In this document: in pieces, positions 1 through 8,370 of the stretch | Numbering within the stretch: the first letter of the stretch is position 1 | Layout of the letters: each line of letters opens with the position of its first letter | From: a virus | Taxonomy: Duplodnaviria > Heunggongvirae > Uroviricota > Caudoviricetes | Reading direction: 5' to 3' (one strand) | IMG/VR virus record: IMGVR_UViG_3300001688_000696 | DNA length: 64,000 nucleotides | The notes under the pieces: generated by a model | The model's database searches: none | What the model saw: the letters and a program-made list of their open reading frames with translations, nothing else | What the model was told of the DNA's origin: nothing | Program-made: the position numbers and the translations under genes

Positions 1-793
1 TTCCGGCGAGTTCGGTTTTTTCAATCTCATCACTGGAACGCGATGCGCCATCCGTGTGATTGCGGGCGCTCAGAATGTACAGCCCCGACGTAAATTTTGC
101 CGGGTGCGGCGATTCATCAAATACGACCTCGAAAGTATAGGTCTGGTTGGCGTCCATCCAGTCCGTACCAATCTGGTCGAGGTACTCCTTCGCCTTTTTC
201 GTGTAAATTTGCTCCGGGCGGTCGCTGTCCGGGTCATAAAAAGTCTGGCGGGTCGCCAAAAACAGTTTTCCATTTTCTAAGCGGCGAGCCACAATCATCG
301 AGCCGTCAATTTTCTCCGGGAACTTGATTTCCCCGGTCATATTCTCGAAGATAAATTCGTCATCCGGGCACCCCGGTTCGCCCATATTAAAAAACTTCGT
401 CATGGGCAGCATCAAAATCCCATCCGGGCTGCGTCCCTTCAGGTCGATATACAGCCCCCGGCACATCATATCAAAGACGGAAAATTCCCCGAAGTGCCGG
501 CCATAGTCAAGGTTGACCACACCGTTTTTTAAATCTACCTTGATTTCGGATACGATGGGTTCGCCGTTATTTAGCTTGTACCGGGCGACTTCCCGGAAAT
601 AATCGATTTTCTTCTGGATAAGCGCCTTGTTGTTTTGCAGGGATGGGTTATTGACCAGCCCACCGAAAATCTCGTTTGCCAGTTTCGCTGTCTCACAGGC
701 TAACCGGTAGTTATTGCTATGCTTTTCAATTTCTGTAATTTGGAACTGCGGGAAAATCCTCAGTAAGACCTTATTGATTTTCCAAACAGCCAT
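1..793 (-). CDS. 3'-partial (runs off window edge) nucleotidyltransferase / RNA-DNA ligase-like protein
   Basis: Uninterrupted reverse-strand frame from ATG at 793..791 (RBS gaggt upstream) to position 1. Translation MAVWKINKVLLRIF... contains FPEKIDGSMIVARR (KxDG nucleotidyltransferase motif I of ATP-dependent ligases) and TFEVVFDE. Not in the ORF track because it has no stop inside the window. Confidence 0.5.
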   Translation of the reverse strand, partial: MAVWKINKVLLRIFPQFQITEIEKHSNNYRLACETAKLANEIFGGLVNNPSLQNNKALIQKKIDYFREVARYKLNNGEPIVSEIKVDLKNGVVNLDYGRHFGEFSVFDMMCRGLYIDLKGRSPDGILMLPMTKFFNMGEPGCPDDEFIFENMTGEIKFPEKIDGSMIVARRLENGKLFLATRQTFYDPDSDRPEQIYTKKAKEYLDQIGTDWMDANQTYTFEVVFDESPHPAKFTSGLYILSARNHTDGASRSSDEIEKTELAG

Positions 794-952
794 TTGCGAT
801 ACCTCAGTCAAATGTTCTTTAAAGCGGCCACACTCCATTAGTCAGCACTCCTTTTTCAAAGCATCCAATTTTCATTCCTAATATGATGGTAGCAAACGCA
901 AAACCTTTATTTTTTGACGAGAGAAGCACTTTTTTCAACAAAAGAAAAGCCC

Positions 953-979
953 TTGACAACTTAGAAAAAATGGTATAAT
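953..979 (+). promoter_or_regulatory. sigma70-type promoter (TTGACA 953-958, TGn-TATAAT 974-979)
   Basis: Consensus -35 and extended -10 seen directly. RBS gaggag at 999-1004 precedes ATG 1012. Confidence 0.6.
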
Positions 980-1011
980 ATTTATAACAACTTTGTGCGA
1001 GGAGAAAAAAT

Positions 1012-2277
1012 ATGACCCAAATCCCTGTGCAAACCACGAAAGAACTGATTGGATACTTTCCGGGCATGTGGAACGTCTATGCCCGGTTTGCTGTACGGAC
1101 GGCGGATGCCGCTGTCAAAATTCCGGCAGGCAAAGTGCTGACTTTGGTCGAAAAAAGGCCCCGGGCGGAGGATGGCAGTGAGGTGTATATTTACCGTTTA
1201 GTCGATGGTTTATTTATTGCCATCGACCACCAGCTAACCGAGGCTGAAGCCCAACCGGTCAAAGACACAGAACTGCTTCAGGCGGTTTTGGCGTACAAGT
1301 CGCTGTCAGACTGGATGTCCGAAAGTGGCCTTGAACTGGCCAGAGTTTATGAGCCAGTCCCCCCGTTTTCTGTTATTCGCTGCCCGCTTTGCGGCGGCCA
1401 TGAATTTACGTCGGTGGATTTCGCGGCGGTGTATTGCAACACTTGCAATGCCCACTTCAGTGTTCGCCACACTGCTGGCGACCCCGGCTTTGTTGTCGAC
1501 TGTGAGCTAGCATGGTATAGCTGGTGGAACGCGAAATATGTCATTCCCCCGGCTTTGACGTTGTCCTTCTACATGGTTTTGAAGGACACGGATGACCCCC
1601 GCAATATGGATACAGAAAATTGCGGATGCGGCGACCATCCGGCGCTTACCGGCGAAGATGAACGCACCCTGCGCCCCGGACTGCACAAGTGCAATATCGG
1701 CACGGTGTACGAATGGCGACTGGCGGGCACCGTGCCGACCCGGAACGATTTGAAGGGGAACACGACCGCCAACATTGAAGGCGAAATTTGGCCGCAATGC
1801 GCTACGGTTGAATATTTTTCGCCCGGTTACGAACTTCGCTCGGCGCTGGAATCTCTGCTGTTCAACTTCAAGCAGAACGAAAAAAATCCAGCGGTCATCG
1901 ATGCCGTGACAGCCCCCGTCAAAGAGCTATTGGGGCGTCCGAAGCGCCCGGTTTCCGTGATGGTTGATTCTTTACCAGATGCCGAACGGCTTGCCGATGG
2001 AGAGGTGTATCTTTTGCACCACTGGCTGATTGCAGACGATAAAACCGCCCTGCCGGTCTGGTGGGTCGTCAGGCCGAAGGTGGATAATGGCTATTTTGCC
2101 GGGTTTGATGTCGTGCGGAAGAATATCTGCCCGGTCTGCCAATCGGAAGTCACCACAGAAGAATTCAACGAATTGCAGTATTCTTCCCGCCCAGAAAAAA
2201 AGACCAACTGTGAACACCGGTGGTGCGCAGAGACGTGGTTGAAGTACAACTGGGCGTTGCCGCAAGAAGAAAAATGA
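1012..2277 (+). CDS. hypothetical protein with CxxC Zn-ribbon motifs
   Basis: 421-aa ORF with RBS and promoter. Contains CPLCGGHEF...CNTCNAHF and ICPVCQSE motifs. Followed by a terminator. Confidence 0.7.
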   Translation: MTQIPVQTTKELIGYFPGMWNVYARFAVRTADAAVKIPAGKVLTLVEKRPRAEDGSEVYIYRLVDGLFIAIDHQLTEAEAQPVKDTELLQAVLAYKSLSDWMSESGLELARVYEPVPPFSVIRCPLCGGHEFTSVDFAAVYCNTCNAHFSVRHTAGDPGFVVDCELAWYSWWNAKYVIPPALTLSFYMVLKDTDDPRNMDTENCGCGDHPALTGEDERTLRPGLHKCNIGTVYEWRLAGTVPTRNDLKGNTTANIEGEIWPQCATVEYFSPGYELRSALESLLFNFKQNEKNPAVIDAVTAPVKELLGRPKRPVSVMVDSLPDAERLADGEVYLLHHWLIADDKTALPVWWVVRPKVDNGYFAGFDVVRKNICPVCQSEVTTEEFNELQYSSRPEKKTNCEHRWCAETWLKYNWALPQEEK

Positions 2278-2300
2278 AGTAGGGGGGCTTGGTTGTAATT

Positions 2301-2338
2301 AAAGCGCCCGACCAAAAATGGGCGCTTTTTGTTTATTT
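2301..2338 (+). terminator. intrinsic terminator
   Basis: agcgccc / gggcgct hairpin followed by a T-run. Confidence 0.7.
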
Positions 2339-2410
2339 ATAGACTCTGCGGCCTGAAAACCACCCGCTTCAGCAGCTGGTAGTTCACTAGAACAAAATAG
2401 AAAAAACATT

Positions 2411-2507
2411 GCAATTTCGTTGCAATATACAAGCAATATTGACATATGTCAATAGTGCTTGTATAATAAATAAAACAAACAAAAAACAGAAAAAAACAGG
2501 AGGGAAC
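2411..2507 (+). promoter_or_regulatory. promoter/operator cassette copy 1
   Basis: TTGCAA-N5-TTGCAA direct pair of palindromic hexamers. A ~34-bp near-perfect palindrome (acaagcaatattgacatatgtcaatagtgcttgt) is centred on catatg and contains the -35 TTGACA (2439-2444); TATAAT at 2463-2468. A-rich UTR and RBS caggagggaac lead to ATG 2508. About 87% identical to the copy at 3531-3630. Confidence 0.7.
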
Positions 2508-2942
2508 ATGGACACCACTAGTTTATGGCACGCACAGGATGATGAGGAAATTGAAGTAGGAAGTCTTCCTGTAGAGGAGGACTACTATGATGTCGACTGG
2601 GGGCAATTCGTCATCGCCACCCGCGATACGACAGCATTTGTCGGAGGCCACTCCGATGAAATTTACGGCTTCTGGGTTGTAGAAGCCGTTGATAAACTAG
2701 AGGATGCTGCTATTTTCCGCCATCCTGACTCTGCAAAGGCTTTCATCCGCGATAATGCGGACGAACTTAAGTGGGAGGGACTTGACCCTTCCACCCTCGA
2801 AATCTATCGGATTCCCTTGGCATATTTCTCTCTTATATATGCCAGAAAGAATAGCTGGAGTGAAGAGGATATTAAGAGTGCACTAGAAAGTCCATACTCC
2901 CCATGGTTTAAGGATGACCGTGATAGCAGTAATGTAGATTGA
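2508..2942 (+). CDS. hypothetical acidic protein (144 aa)
   Basis: ATG 2508 follows RBS ggaggg. The track ORF 2409..2942 is an N-terminal over-extension through the promoter. Confidence 0.65.
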   Translation: MDTTSLWHAQDDEEIEVGSLPVEEDYYDVDWGQFVIATRDTTAFVGGHSDEIYGFWVVEAVDKLEDAAIFRHPDSAKAFIRDNADELKWEGLDPSTLEIYRIPLAYFSLIYARKNSWSEEDIKSALESPYSPWFKDDRDSSNVD

Positions 2943-2974
2943 TTGTATAAAATTAATAAACAGCTCCAAACAAT

Positions 2975-3020
2975 AGCCCCCTTTACCAGATAATAAAAAC
3001 AGGTGGGGGGTTATTGTTTT
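2975..3020 (+). terminator. hairpin (gccccc...gggggg) + T-run, candidate terminator
   Basis: Seen in sequence; the loop is large. Confidence 0.4.
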
Positions 3021-3063
3021 AACTTTCAATCAGTATAAATAATTGCAATCTAGTTATAAAATT

Positions 3064-3175
3064 GCATGCTTGAATCAAAATTTATCCCATGAAGGGATTG
3101 AAACAGGAGCGACTTGCCCACTTCCAGCAGGCTGGCATGCTTGAATCAAAATTTATCCCATGAAGGGATTGAAAC
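3064..3175 (+). CRISPR. orphan mini-CRISPR array: two identical 41-nt repeats, one 30-nt spacer
   Basis: Repeat gcatgcttgaatcaaaatttatcccatgaagggattgaaac at 3064-3104 and 3135-3175. Spacer aggagcgacttgcccacttccagcaggctg at 3105-3134. The repeat has an internal hairpin (atccc-atgaa-gggat) and ends in ATTGAAAC, the canonical Cas6 crRNA 5' handle. AT-rich leader upstream; no cas genes in the window. Confidence 0.6.
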
Positions 3176-3242
3176 ATTGAATAAAAGAACTATTTTATAT
3201 AGTTTTTATCAGATTTCAACCAACAAAGAAGAGGAGCTTAAA

Positions 3243-3467
3243 ATGACTAAACAAGAATTAATCGAAATGTTAGCCAGTTTCCCTGATGATATGGAAGTAG
3301 TTTTTAGTTATCCTAGTGGGGATTACTGGCATTCTGTAATCACCAAAGAACTTCAAACTGTAGAATCCGGATTAATAGAATATAGTGCTTATCATAGTAG
3401 CAATATTCTATGTAGTAATCAGGATGAATTAACAGTTGATAATAGGGAAGTGATTATCATTTCATAG
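3243..3467 (+). CDS. small hypothetical protein (74 aa)
   Basis: ATG 3243 with RBS aagaggag. The upstream part of track ORF 3114..3467 reads through the CRISPR repeat and is unlikely to be coding. Confidence 0.45.
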   Translation: MTKQELIEMLASFPDDMEVVFSYPSGDYWHSVITKELQTVESGLIEYSAYHSSNILCSNQDELTVDNREVIIIS

Positions 3468-3530
3468 CTTACCATATTACAAGGAGTCTAAATTGATAGT
3501 TATATCAGTATGGGGAAATAGAACAAAAAA

Positions 3531-3630
3531 TTGCAATTTCGTTGCAATATACATGCACTATTGACATATGTAAATAGTGCATGTATAATAAGTACAGCAA
3601 ACAAAAAAAACAGGAAAAACAGGAGGGAAC
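3531..3630 (+). promoter_or_regulatory. promoter/operator cassette copy 2
   Basis: Same architecture as 2411-2507: TTGCAA-N5-TTGCAA, a ~34-bp near-palindrome (acatgcactattgacatatgtaaatagtgcatgt), -35 at 3561-3566, -10 at 3585-3590, and an identical RBS caggagggaac before ATG 3631. Arm substitutions relative to copy 1 preserve the dyad symmetry. Confidence 0.7.
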
Positions 3631-3912
3631 ATGAGCACCAATCTATGGAAAAAATACGCACCGGAAACACGCCCAGAGGATTGGACGGGCATGAGCGAAG
3701 CGGAAGTTCGCGGGGTCTTAGCCCAGGCGGGCGCAACCGATGAGGAAATTGAAGAAGAAATCGTCCTGTTCATGGACGAAATCCCCACCGCGCACACCTG
3801 CGCAAACTGCGGAAGAAGATTTTACACATATATAAATGACACCGCTCAAAGCGGTGAGTGTTTCGGATACCCCGAGTTATGCTGGTCTTGTGGAGTTGAG
3901 AACCAGGAGTAG
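3631..3912 (+). CDS. hypothetical Zn-ribbon protein (93 aa)
   Basis: ORF with cassette RBS. C-terminal CANCGRR...CWSCG motif. Confidence 0.65.
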   Translation: MSTNLWKKYAPETRPEDWTGMSEAEVRGVLAQAGATDEEIEEEIVLFMDEIPTAHTCANCGRRFYTYINDTAQSGECFGYPELCWSCGVENQE

Positions 3913-3989
3913 CATTCACCCCGAGCCGGGGCGGGTAATCCCCGGTATTGGTCCAGGAATTAGCCCTCGCCGGGGAGGCGGTCAGCCCC

Positions 3990-4125
3990 GGCACAAAAAA
4001 CGCTGTTCTGCTTGCCACTACATCAACCCCGATATGCCGCTTTCGATTCGTGAGTGGGATTGCCCCGTTTGTGGCGTTCACCATGGAAGCGCCCGAATCT
4101 ACGCCGAGGGAGTGAATGTAAGCCC
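3990..4125 (+). pseudogene. remnant of IS200/IS605-family TnpB C-terminal Zn-ribbon
   Basis: Frame-2 translation KKRCSACHYINPDMPLSIREWDCPVCGVHHGSARIYAEG resembles the TnpB OrfB Zn-ribbon signature (C..C...REW.C..CG..HDRD.NAA.NI). No upstream TnpB body. GC-rich hairpins follow (cccatcttcggatggg, ccacccgctaaagcgggtgg). Confidence 0.4.
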
Positions 4126-4214
4126 CATCTTCGGATGGGCCGTTCACGCCGAACTCGGAAGCCACCCGCTAAAGCGGGTGGTGCTTCACCGTCTGTTAGA
4201 TAGACAACTATGAA

Positions 4215-5165
4215 ATGATGTGCGAAATGACCTGCGGAAACCAGACAAAACACTCAAATGAGGTTGCTGAACGCGAAGGGGGAACACAGGCACAACAGCA
4301 AGAAAATGTGTTCAAACCATTCAATTATGAAAGCAGCGAGATTCAGAAAATAATGGATACTGCCTATGCAAGGTGGAACTCCGGGGATTTACAAAACCTG
4401 AACTATAAAGAGTTCGTGGACGCACTTTCTCTTAGGGAAAAGATTGTCGTTGTTTTCGGCAACCTTAATTACCAGGTGTACAACGGTGGATTCGCACAGT
4501 GGCAGGGCAATGGATATGATGTTGTCGCACCGGTTTTGGTAGAGGCGCTGGGCAAGCTGCCGAAGTACGGCCCGGAAGTCGCTGCACTGGTAAAACATTT
4601 GGTCAATGAAAAAGAACGGTTTGAAAATCTTTATGCTGATTACCGGCAAGACTACGAAATGTGGGGCTGGGATATACCGCATGAGCCGGATAGAGAAGAT
4701 TTTGACGATGAAGAGTCGTATGAGGCTGCTGTTGATGAATACGAGCAGGAATTTGCCGACTGGCAGTGCGAAGTGCCGTGCGAACCAGAACTGGAATACG
4801 AGTATGAAGGGCAGGATTTGGACGAAGAATATTACTTACGTGCCGACCATCTGGCTTATGAATTAGAAGCCATCGTCAAAATGAGTGATGAGGAGCTGGA
4901 ACGGTGGTGGAATGAAACTCCATCTGTGGTTCCATCAATTGACGAAGTGCTGTTCGGCGTTCCCGCCCCAGCCCCGGCACAGCCTACAAAGCCAACGGTC
5001 AAACTGACCGGCACAGATGGCAACGTCTTTGTGGTCAAGGCGAATATGGAAGCGGCTTTGCGGGATTTCGACCGGGAAAATGGCACAAATCTCCTGGAGA
5101 AGTTCCGCTCCGAGTGGCGGCAGCAGGAGGAAAACCCGGATGCCACGTACGACAAAATGCTTTAG
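4215..5165 (+). CDS. hypothetical highly acidic protein with YNGGFAQW motif (possible DUF4375/DMP19-like DNA mimic)
   Basis: 316-aa ORF. NGGF motif recalled from DMP19/DUF4375-like proteins. Long D/E-rich segment (EDFDDEESYEAAVDEYEQEF...). Terminator downstream. Confidence 0.65.
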   Translation: MMCEMTCGNQTKHSNEVAEREGGTQAQQQENVFKPFNYESSEIQKIMDTAYARWNSGDLQNLNYKEFVDALSLREKIVVVFGNLNYQVYNGGFAQWQGNGYDVVAPVLVEALGKLPKYGPEVAALVKHLVNEKERFENLYADYRQDYEMWGWDIPHEPDREDFDDEESYEAAVDEYEQEFADWQCEVPCEPELEYEYEGQDLDEEYYLRADHLAYELEAIVKMSDEELERWWNETPSVVPSIDEVLFGVPAPAPAQPTKPTVKLTGTDGNVFVVKANMEAALRDFDRENGTNLLEKFRSEWRQQEENPDATYDKML

Positions 5166-5205
5166 CTATGCTTCCGGTTTGCTGATATTCAACAGTTAGC
5201 ATCAA

Positions 5206-5238
5206 AAGCCCGTCCGGACAACAGACGGGCTTTTTCTA
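5206..5238 (+). terminator. intrinsic terminator
   Basis: agcccgtc...gacgggct hairpin + TTTTT. Confidence 0.7.
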
Positions 5239-5377
5239 TAAATAGCATATTGAAACGGAATTCGCTGAAAAATAAGTTTAAACATACAAGGGTGTAAGGT
5301 AAAATTTTCGGCGTTTGGTTATAATTTCTCCCTTGCAAGAACTTGCTGTTATTCCATAAAAATTGAAGTTAGGGCTT

Positions 5378-7318
5378 ATGGGTGCTAATCAAGAACTTTC
5401 TTTATTGACCGGTGACACATCATTTTATGTTGCCGAAAAGATTGCAGCGGCGACATTGGATGACTTTGATGATGTCATTGTCGATGTTTTAACTGAATAT
5501 GCCCGTATTTACCATGCGGTTTCCGCATTTTTGTATCTGATAGCTGACGAAGACAGTTTTGAAATTGTCGCTCATTACGAGTGGCACCAGACTGGAAGAA
5601 TGGCAATTACGCAGCGAGTGGGGGACAACCTTCTGCGATATAAACCCAGTTTGCAGATATTTAAAACGCACGGATTTATCATGCAAGAAATCGACGACAC
5701 CTTGCGAAGCTATGTCCGGCAAGGTTCAAAAATAGGCTATCTGGACGATATTTCCAAAGTTATTTCGTCTTCATTGCATATAGATGGGAAACTGATAGGC
5801 TTCTTCGGTTTTAATATCGGCCGGGATGCGCCTGAAAACTCTGATGACGCCTTTATCAATTCGCTGCTGTTTACCCGCTCCGCGTTACAGGGGCTTATCC
5901 GCCGCAAATATTTGCTTCAGGCATCCAATGGAGACATCAACACCACTTTGAAGTCGCTGGTCGACAGTTTGTCCAGTGGCGCAATGGTCATCGGCGGTGA
6001 TAAAACAATTTTGCTGGCAAATAAAAAGATATTCGGCCTTCTCGGATATTCTTCCGATGAGTTGGTTGGAAAGCCAATTACTTCTGTTTTCCCGTTGATT
6101 TTTCGGCAGGATGTTTCGCACAGTTACCGGAGAATCGAAACTGCCAACCATGTCAAAGGGCAGTATTACAACCTGACCATCAAAACAAAAGACGGGAAGG
6201 AAAAGCACACCATCCTGCACTGGGAACCCATCTATTATGATGAAGCGAACTTTTACGGCCTGATTTGCTCGATTACAGATATTACTGAATGCGTTGAAAG
6301 AGACCTTCTGCTTTCCCATTTTCATGAACCGCTGCCGCAGGAAAACATTGCATCGGAATCCCTCATCCGCAATCTGGAAATTTATACACGTCTGCTGCTA
6401 AACCTGCAATCCAGCGAAGCTATACCGCAAGCCTTCGATGTATTGACACAACATTTCCAGGCATGGTTGTCTAATTATTCCGGGATGGTCGTGCTGGGGA
6501 ACGAAGCCCACCAGATTGAATGTTCCGAGTACGTGTGGAATGGCTTCAATTCGGAAGATTTTTGGACAGCCATGCAGGTAAAAATGGGAAAATGCTGTAT
6601 TGATGGCATTACGCAGGATGATTTTGCAAGGCTTTCTTCAGATACCCGGTTCGTGTGTCCTATCGAAGGGCAGGATACCATCATCGGCGCAATTGTCGTG
6701 GAGTCCAACAAACCGATAACCGACCTTTTGAAGCGTAATTTGAAACTCATCGCGTCACAGTTCGGGTGGATTGCTTTGGACATCCGGTTGAAAGAAAATC
6801 TGCGGCACAAGTCCAGTTATGACCCTTTGTCTGGACTGCTCAATCGCTGGGACATGCTGGATGAAGTGCAGGCAATGGAATATGAGCGCAACAACACAAA
6901 TATTTGCGCTATTATGGTGGACATTGATAATTTCAAACAGTTCAATGACCGATATGGGCATCTTGCGGGCGATAAGGTCATCCAGGCAGTTGGTGAGATT
7001 ATCAGCGGAAACATCCGTAAAGACTCCGACCGTGCATATCGTTATGGCGGCGAAGAATTTCTGGTGATTATGCCGGGTGCATCCAAATCTGTAGCCATGC
7101 AGCGGGCGGAAAATCTAAGGCAGAAAATCGAAAACCTGAAGTTTTTCCCCCGCGAAAATTCGCCTGTCTCGATTACCATTTCGGTTGGTATGTGTTCTTA
7201 CTGCTCGCACATGGGCGAGTTTACTATCAAGCGGATGCTGGTGCTGGCGGATACGGCTTTGTATCACGCCAAACGCACCGGAAAAAACAAGGTGGTCGCC
7301 CTGGACTACAACGAATGA
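5378..7318 (+). CDS. GAF/PAS sensor diguanylate cyclase (GGDEF domain, RYGGEEF)
   Basis: C-terminal GGDEF domain with RYGGEEF and DxLTGLxNR-like motifs. PAS-like segment (GAMVIGGDKTILLANKKIFGLLGYSSDELVGKPI). The track start 5363 is TTG; ATG 5378 is preferred. Confidence 0.9.
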   Translation: MGANQELSLLTGDTSFYVAEKIAAATLDDFDDVIVDVLTEYARIYHAVSAFLYLIADEDSFEIVAHYEWHQTGRMAITQRVGDNLLRYKPSLQIFKTHGFIMQEIDDTLRSYVRQGSKIGYLDDISKVISSSLHIDGKLIGFFGFNIGRDAPENSDDAFINSLLFTRSALQGLIRRKYLLQASNGDINTTLKSLVDSLSSGAMVIGGDKTILLANKKIFGLLGYSSDELVGKPITSVFPLIFRQDVSHSYRRIETANHVKGQYYNLTIKTKDGKEKHTILHWEPIYYDEANFYGLICSITDITECVERDLLLSHFHEPLPQENIASESLIRNLEIYTRLLLNLQSSEAIPQAFDVLTQHFQAWLSNYSGMVVLGNEAHQIECSEYVWNGFNSEDFWTAMQVKMGKCCIDGITQDDFARLSSDTRFVCPIEGQDTIIGAIVVESNKPITDLLKRNLKLIASQFGWIALDIRLKENLRHKSSYDPLSGLLNRWDMLDEVQAMEYERNNTNICAIMVDIDNFKQFNDRYGHLAGDKVIQAVGEIISGNIRKDSDRAYRYGGEEFLVIMPGASKSVAMQRAENLRQKIENLKFFPRENSPVSITISVGMCSYCSHMGEFTIKRMLVLADTALYHAKRTGKNKVVALDYNE

Positions 7319-7339
7319 ATGACACCACACAGAACAAAA

Positions 7340-7366
7340 AAAGAACCGAAGTGGTTCTTTTTTTGT
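7340..7366 (+). terminator. intrinsic terminator
   Basis: agaaccgaagtggttct + T-run. Confidence 0.7.
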
Positions 7367-7375
7367 TTCAATTAT

Positions 7376-7404
7376 TTGACAGGCTGCAATTTTTATAGTA
7401 TAAT
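7376..7404 (+). promoter_or_regulatory. consensus sigma70 promoter TTGACA-17-TATAAT
   Basis: TTGACA at 7376-7381 and TATAAT at 7399-7404, read directly. Confidence 0.7.
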
Positions 7405-7437
7405 AAGTAAGTGAAGCGGATAGGAGACTTAAAAATC

Positions 7438-8112
7438 ATGACAATTCGCCGCATTTCCATCTTTTCACTTTTTGCCATTCTCATCACCCTGCTCGCAACG
7501 CTGGTTCCTGCTGGTACAGGCAGCGCCGATGCTGGTAATACGAACAAAATTTATCTTCCGGTTGTGATTCGTCCGTGTGAAAACAAGATTCCCTGGCAGG
7601 CCAGCTCTGACGAGAACAACGAAACCCGCATCCTTGCTGCACTCAATGAGCAGCGTCGCAAGCATGGAGTACCGGAGTTACAGAGTAACGCTTCTCTGAC
7701 TCAGATTGCCCGCTTCCACAGCCGTGATATGGCAAATAGTGGGGTACTCGAGCATCGGGGTTCTGCCGGAGAAGAATGGTACGAGCGCTACAACTGGATT
7801 TGCGAACAGTTTACATGGAGTGGCGAAATTATCGGCTGGGGCACCCACAGCAACGTAGACAGTATGGTGAATTGGTGGATGAACAGCCCGACACATAAGC
7901 CGCTGGTTCTGAACAGCGATTACGAGGTCGCCGGAGTAGGCTATATTTACCGCCCAGGTTCAAAGTGGCAGCATTTTTGGACGGTGGATTTCGGAAGGGT
8001 GTCTAATCCGCTAGCCCTTCAGGGCGCATCAGCTTTCGCCGAACCACGTGAATGCACCGTAACAATTTATGAATGGGAAGACGGCGGTATGATGGCGACC
8101 ATCTGCGATTAA
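7438..8112 (+). CDS. secreted CAP/SCP (PR-1-like) domain protein
   Basis: Signal peptide MTIRRISIFSLFAILITLLATLVPAGTGSADA. CAP-like motifs (HSRDMANSGVLEHRG, GEIIGWG, WMNSPTHKPLVL). RBS taggag. Confidence 0.8.
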   Translation: MTIRRISIFSLFAILITLLATLVPAGTGSADAGNTNKIYLPVVIRPCENKIPWQASSDENNETRILAALNEQRRKHGVPELQSNASLTQIARFHSRDMANSGVLEHRGSAGEEWYERYNWICEQFTWSGEIIGWGTHSNVDSMVNWWMNSPTHKPLVLNSDYEVAGVGYIYRPGSKWQHFWTVDFGRVSNPLALQGASAFAEPRECTVTIYEWEDGGMMATICD

Positions 8113-8131
8113 CAATTTCTTACTTTTGCGA

Positions 8132-8165
8132 AAACAGCGCCTCATTCGGGGCGCTGTTTCGATTT
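8132..8165 (+). terminator. intrinsic terminator
   Basis: cagcgcctcattcggggcgctg hairpin. Confidence 0.6.
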
Positions 8166-8370
8166 AACTATGGACAATAATTGGATTCTTTGACGATAAT
8201 CGTCATGAATAAAGATTTATATATGAAAAATTTTGTCGGTAAAACATATAAAAGGGGAAAATTGGCTAACCTTCTTACGCATCCCCGTTGAACTTACTAG
8301 CGCAAACAAAAAACAATACTGAAGGAGGAACCGTTCACGAGACATCGTACTGTGAACTAAGCTAAAAGGG

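Noticed and set aside
3105-3134. Possible self-targeting by the CRISPR spacer (cttccagcagg also at 15481-15491 inside a methyltransferase gene)
   Set aside because: Only an 11-nt match, which is expected by chance in 64 kb.
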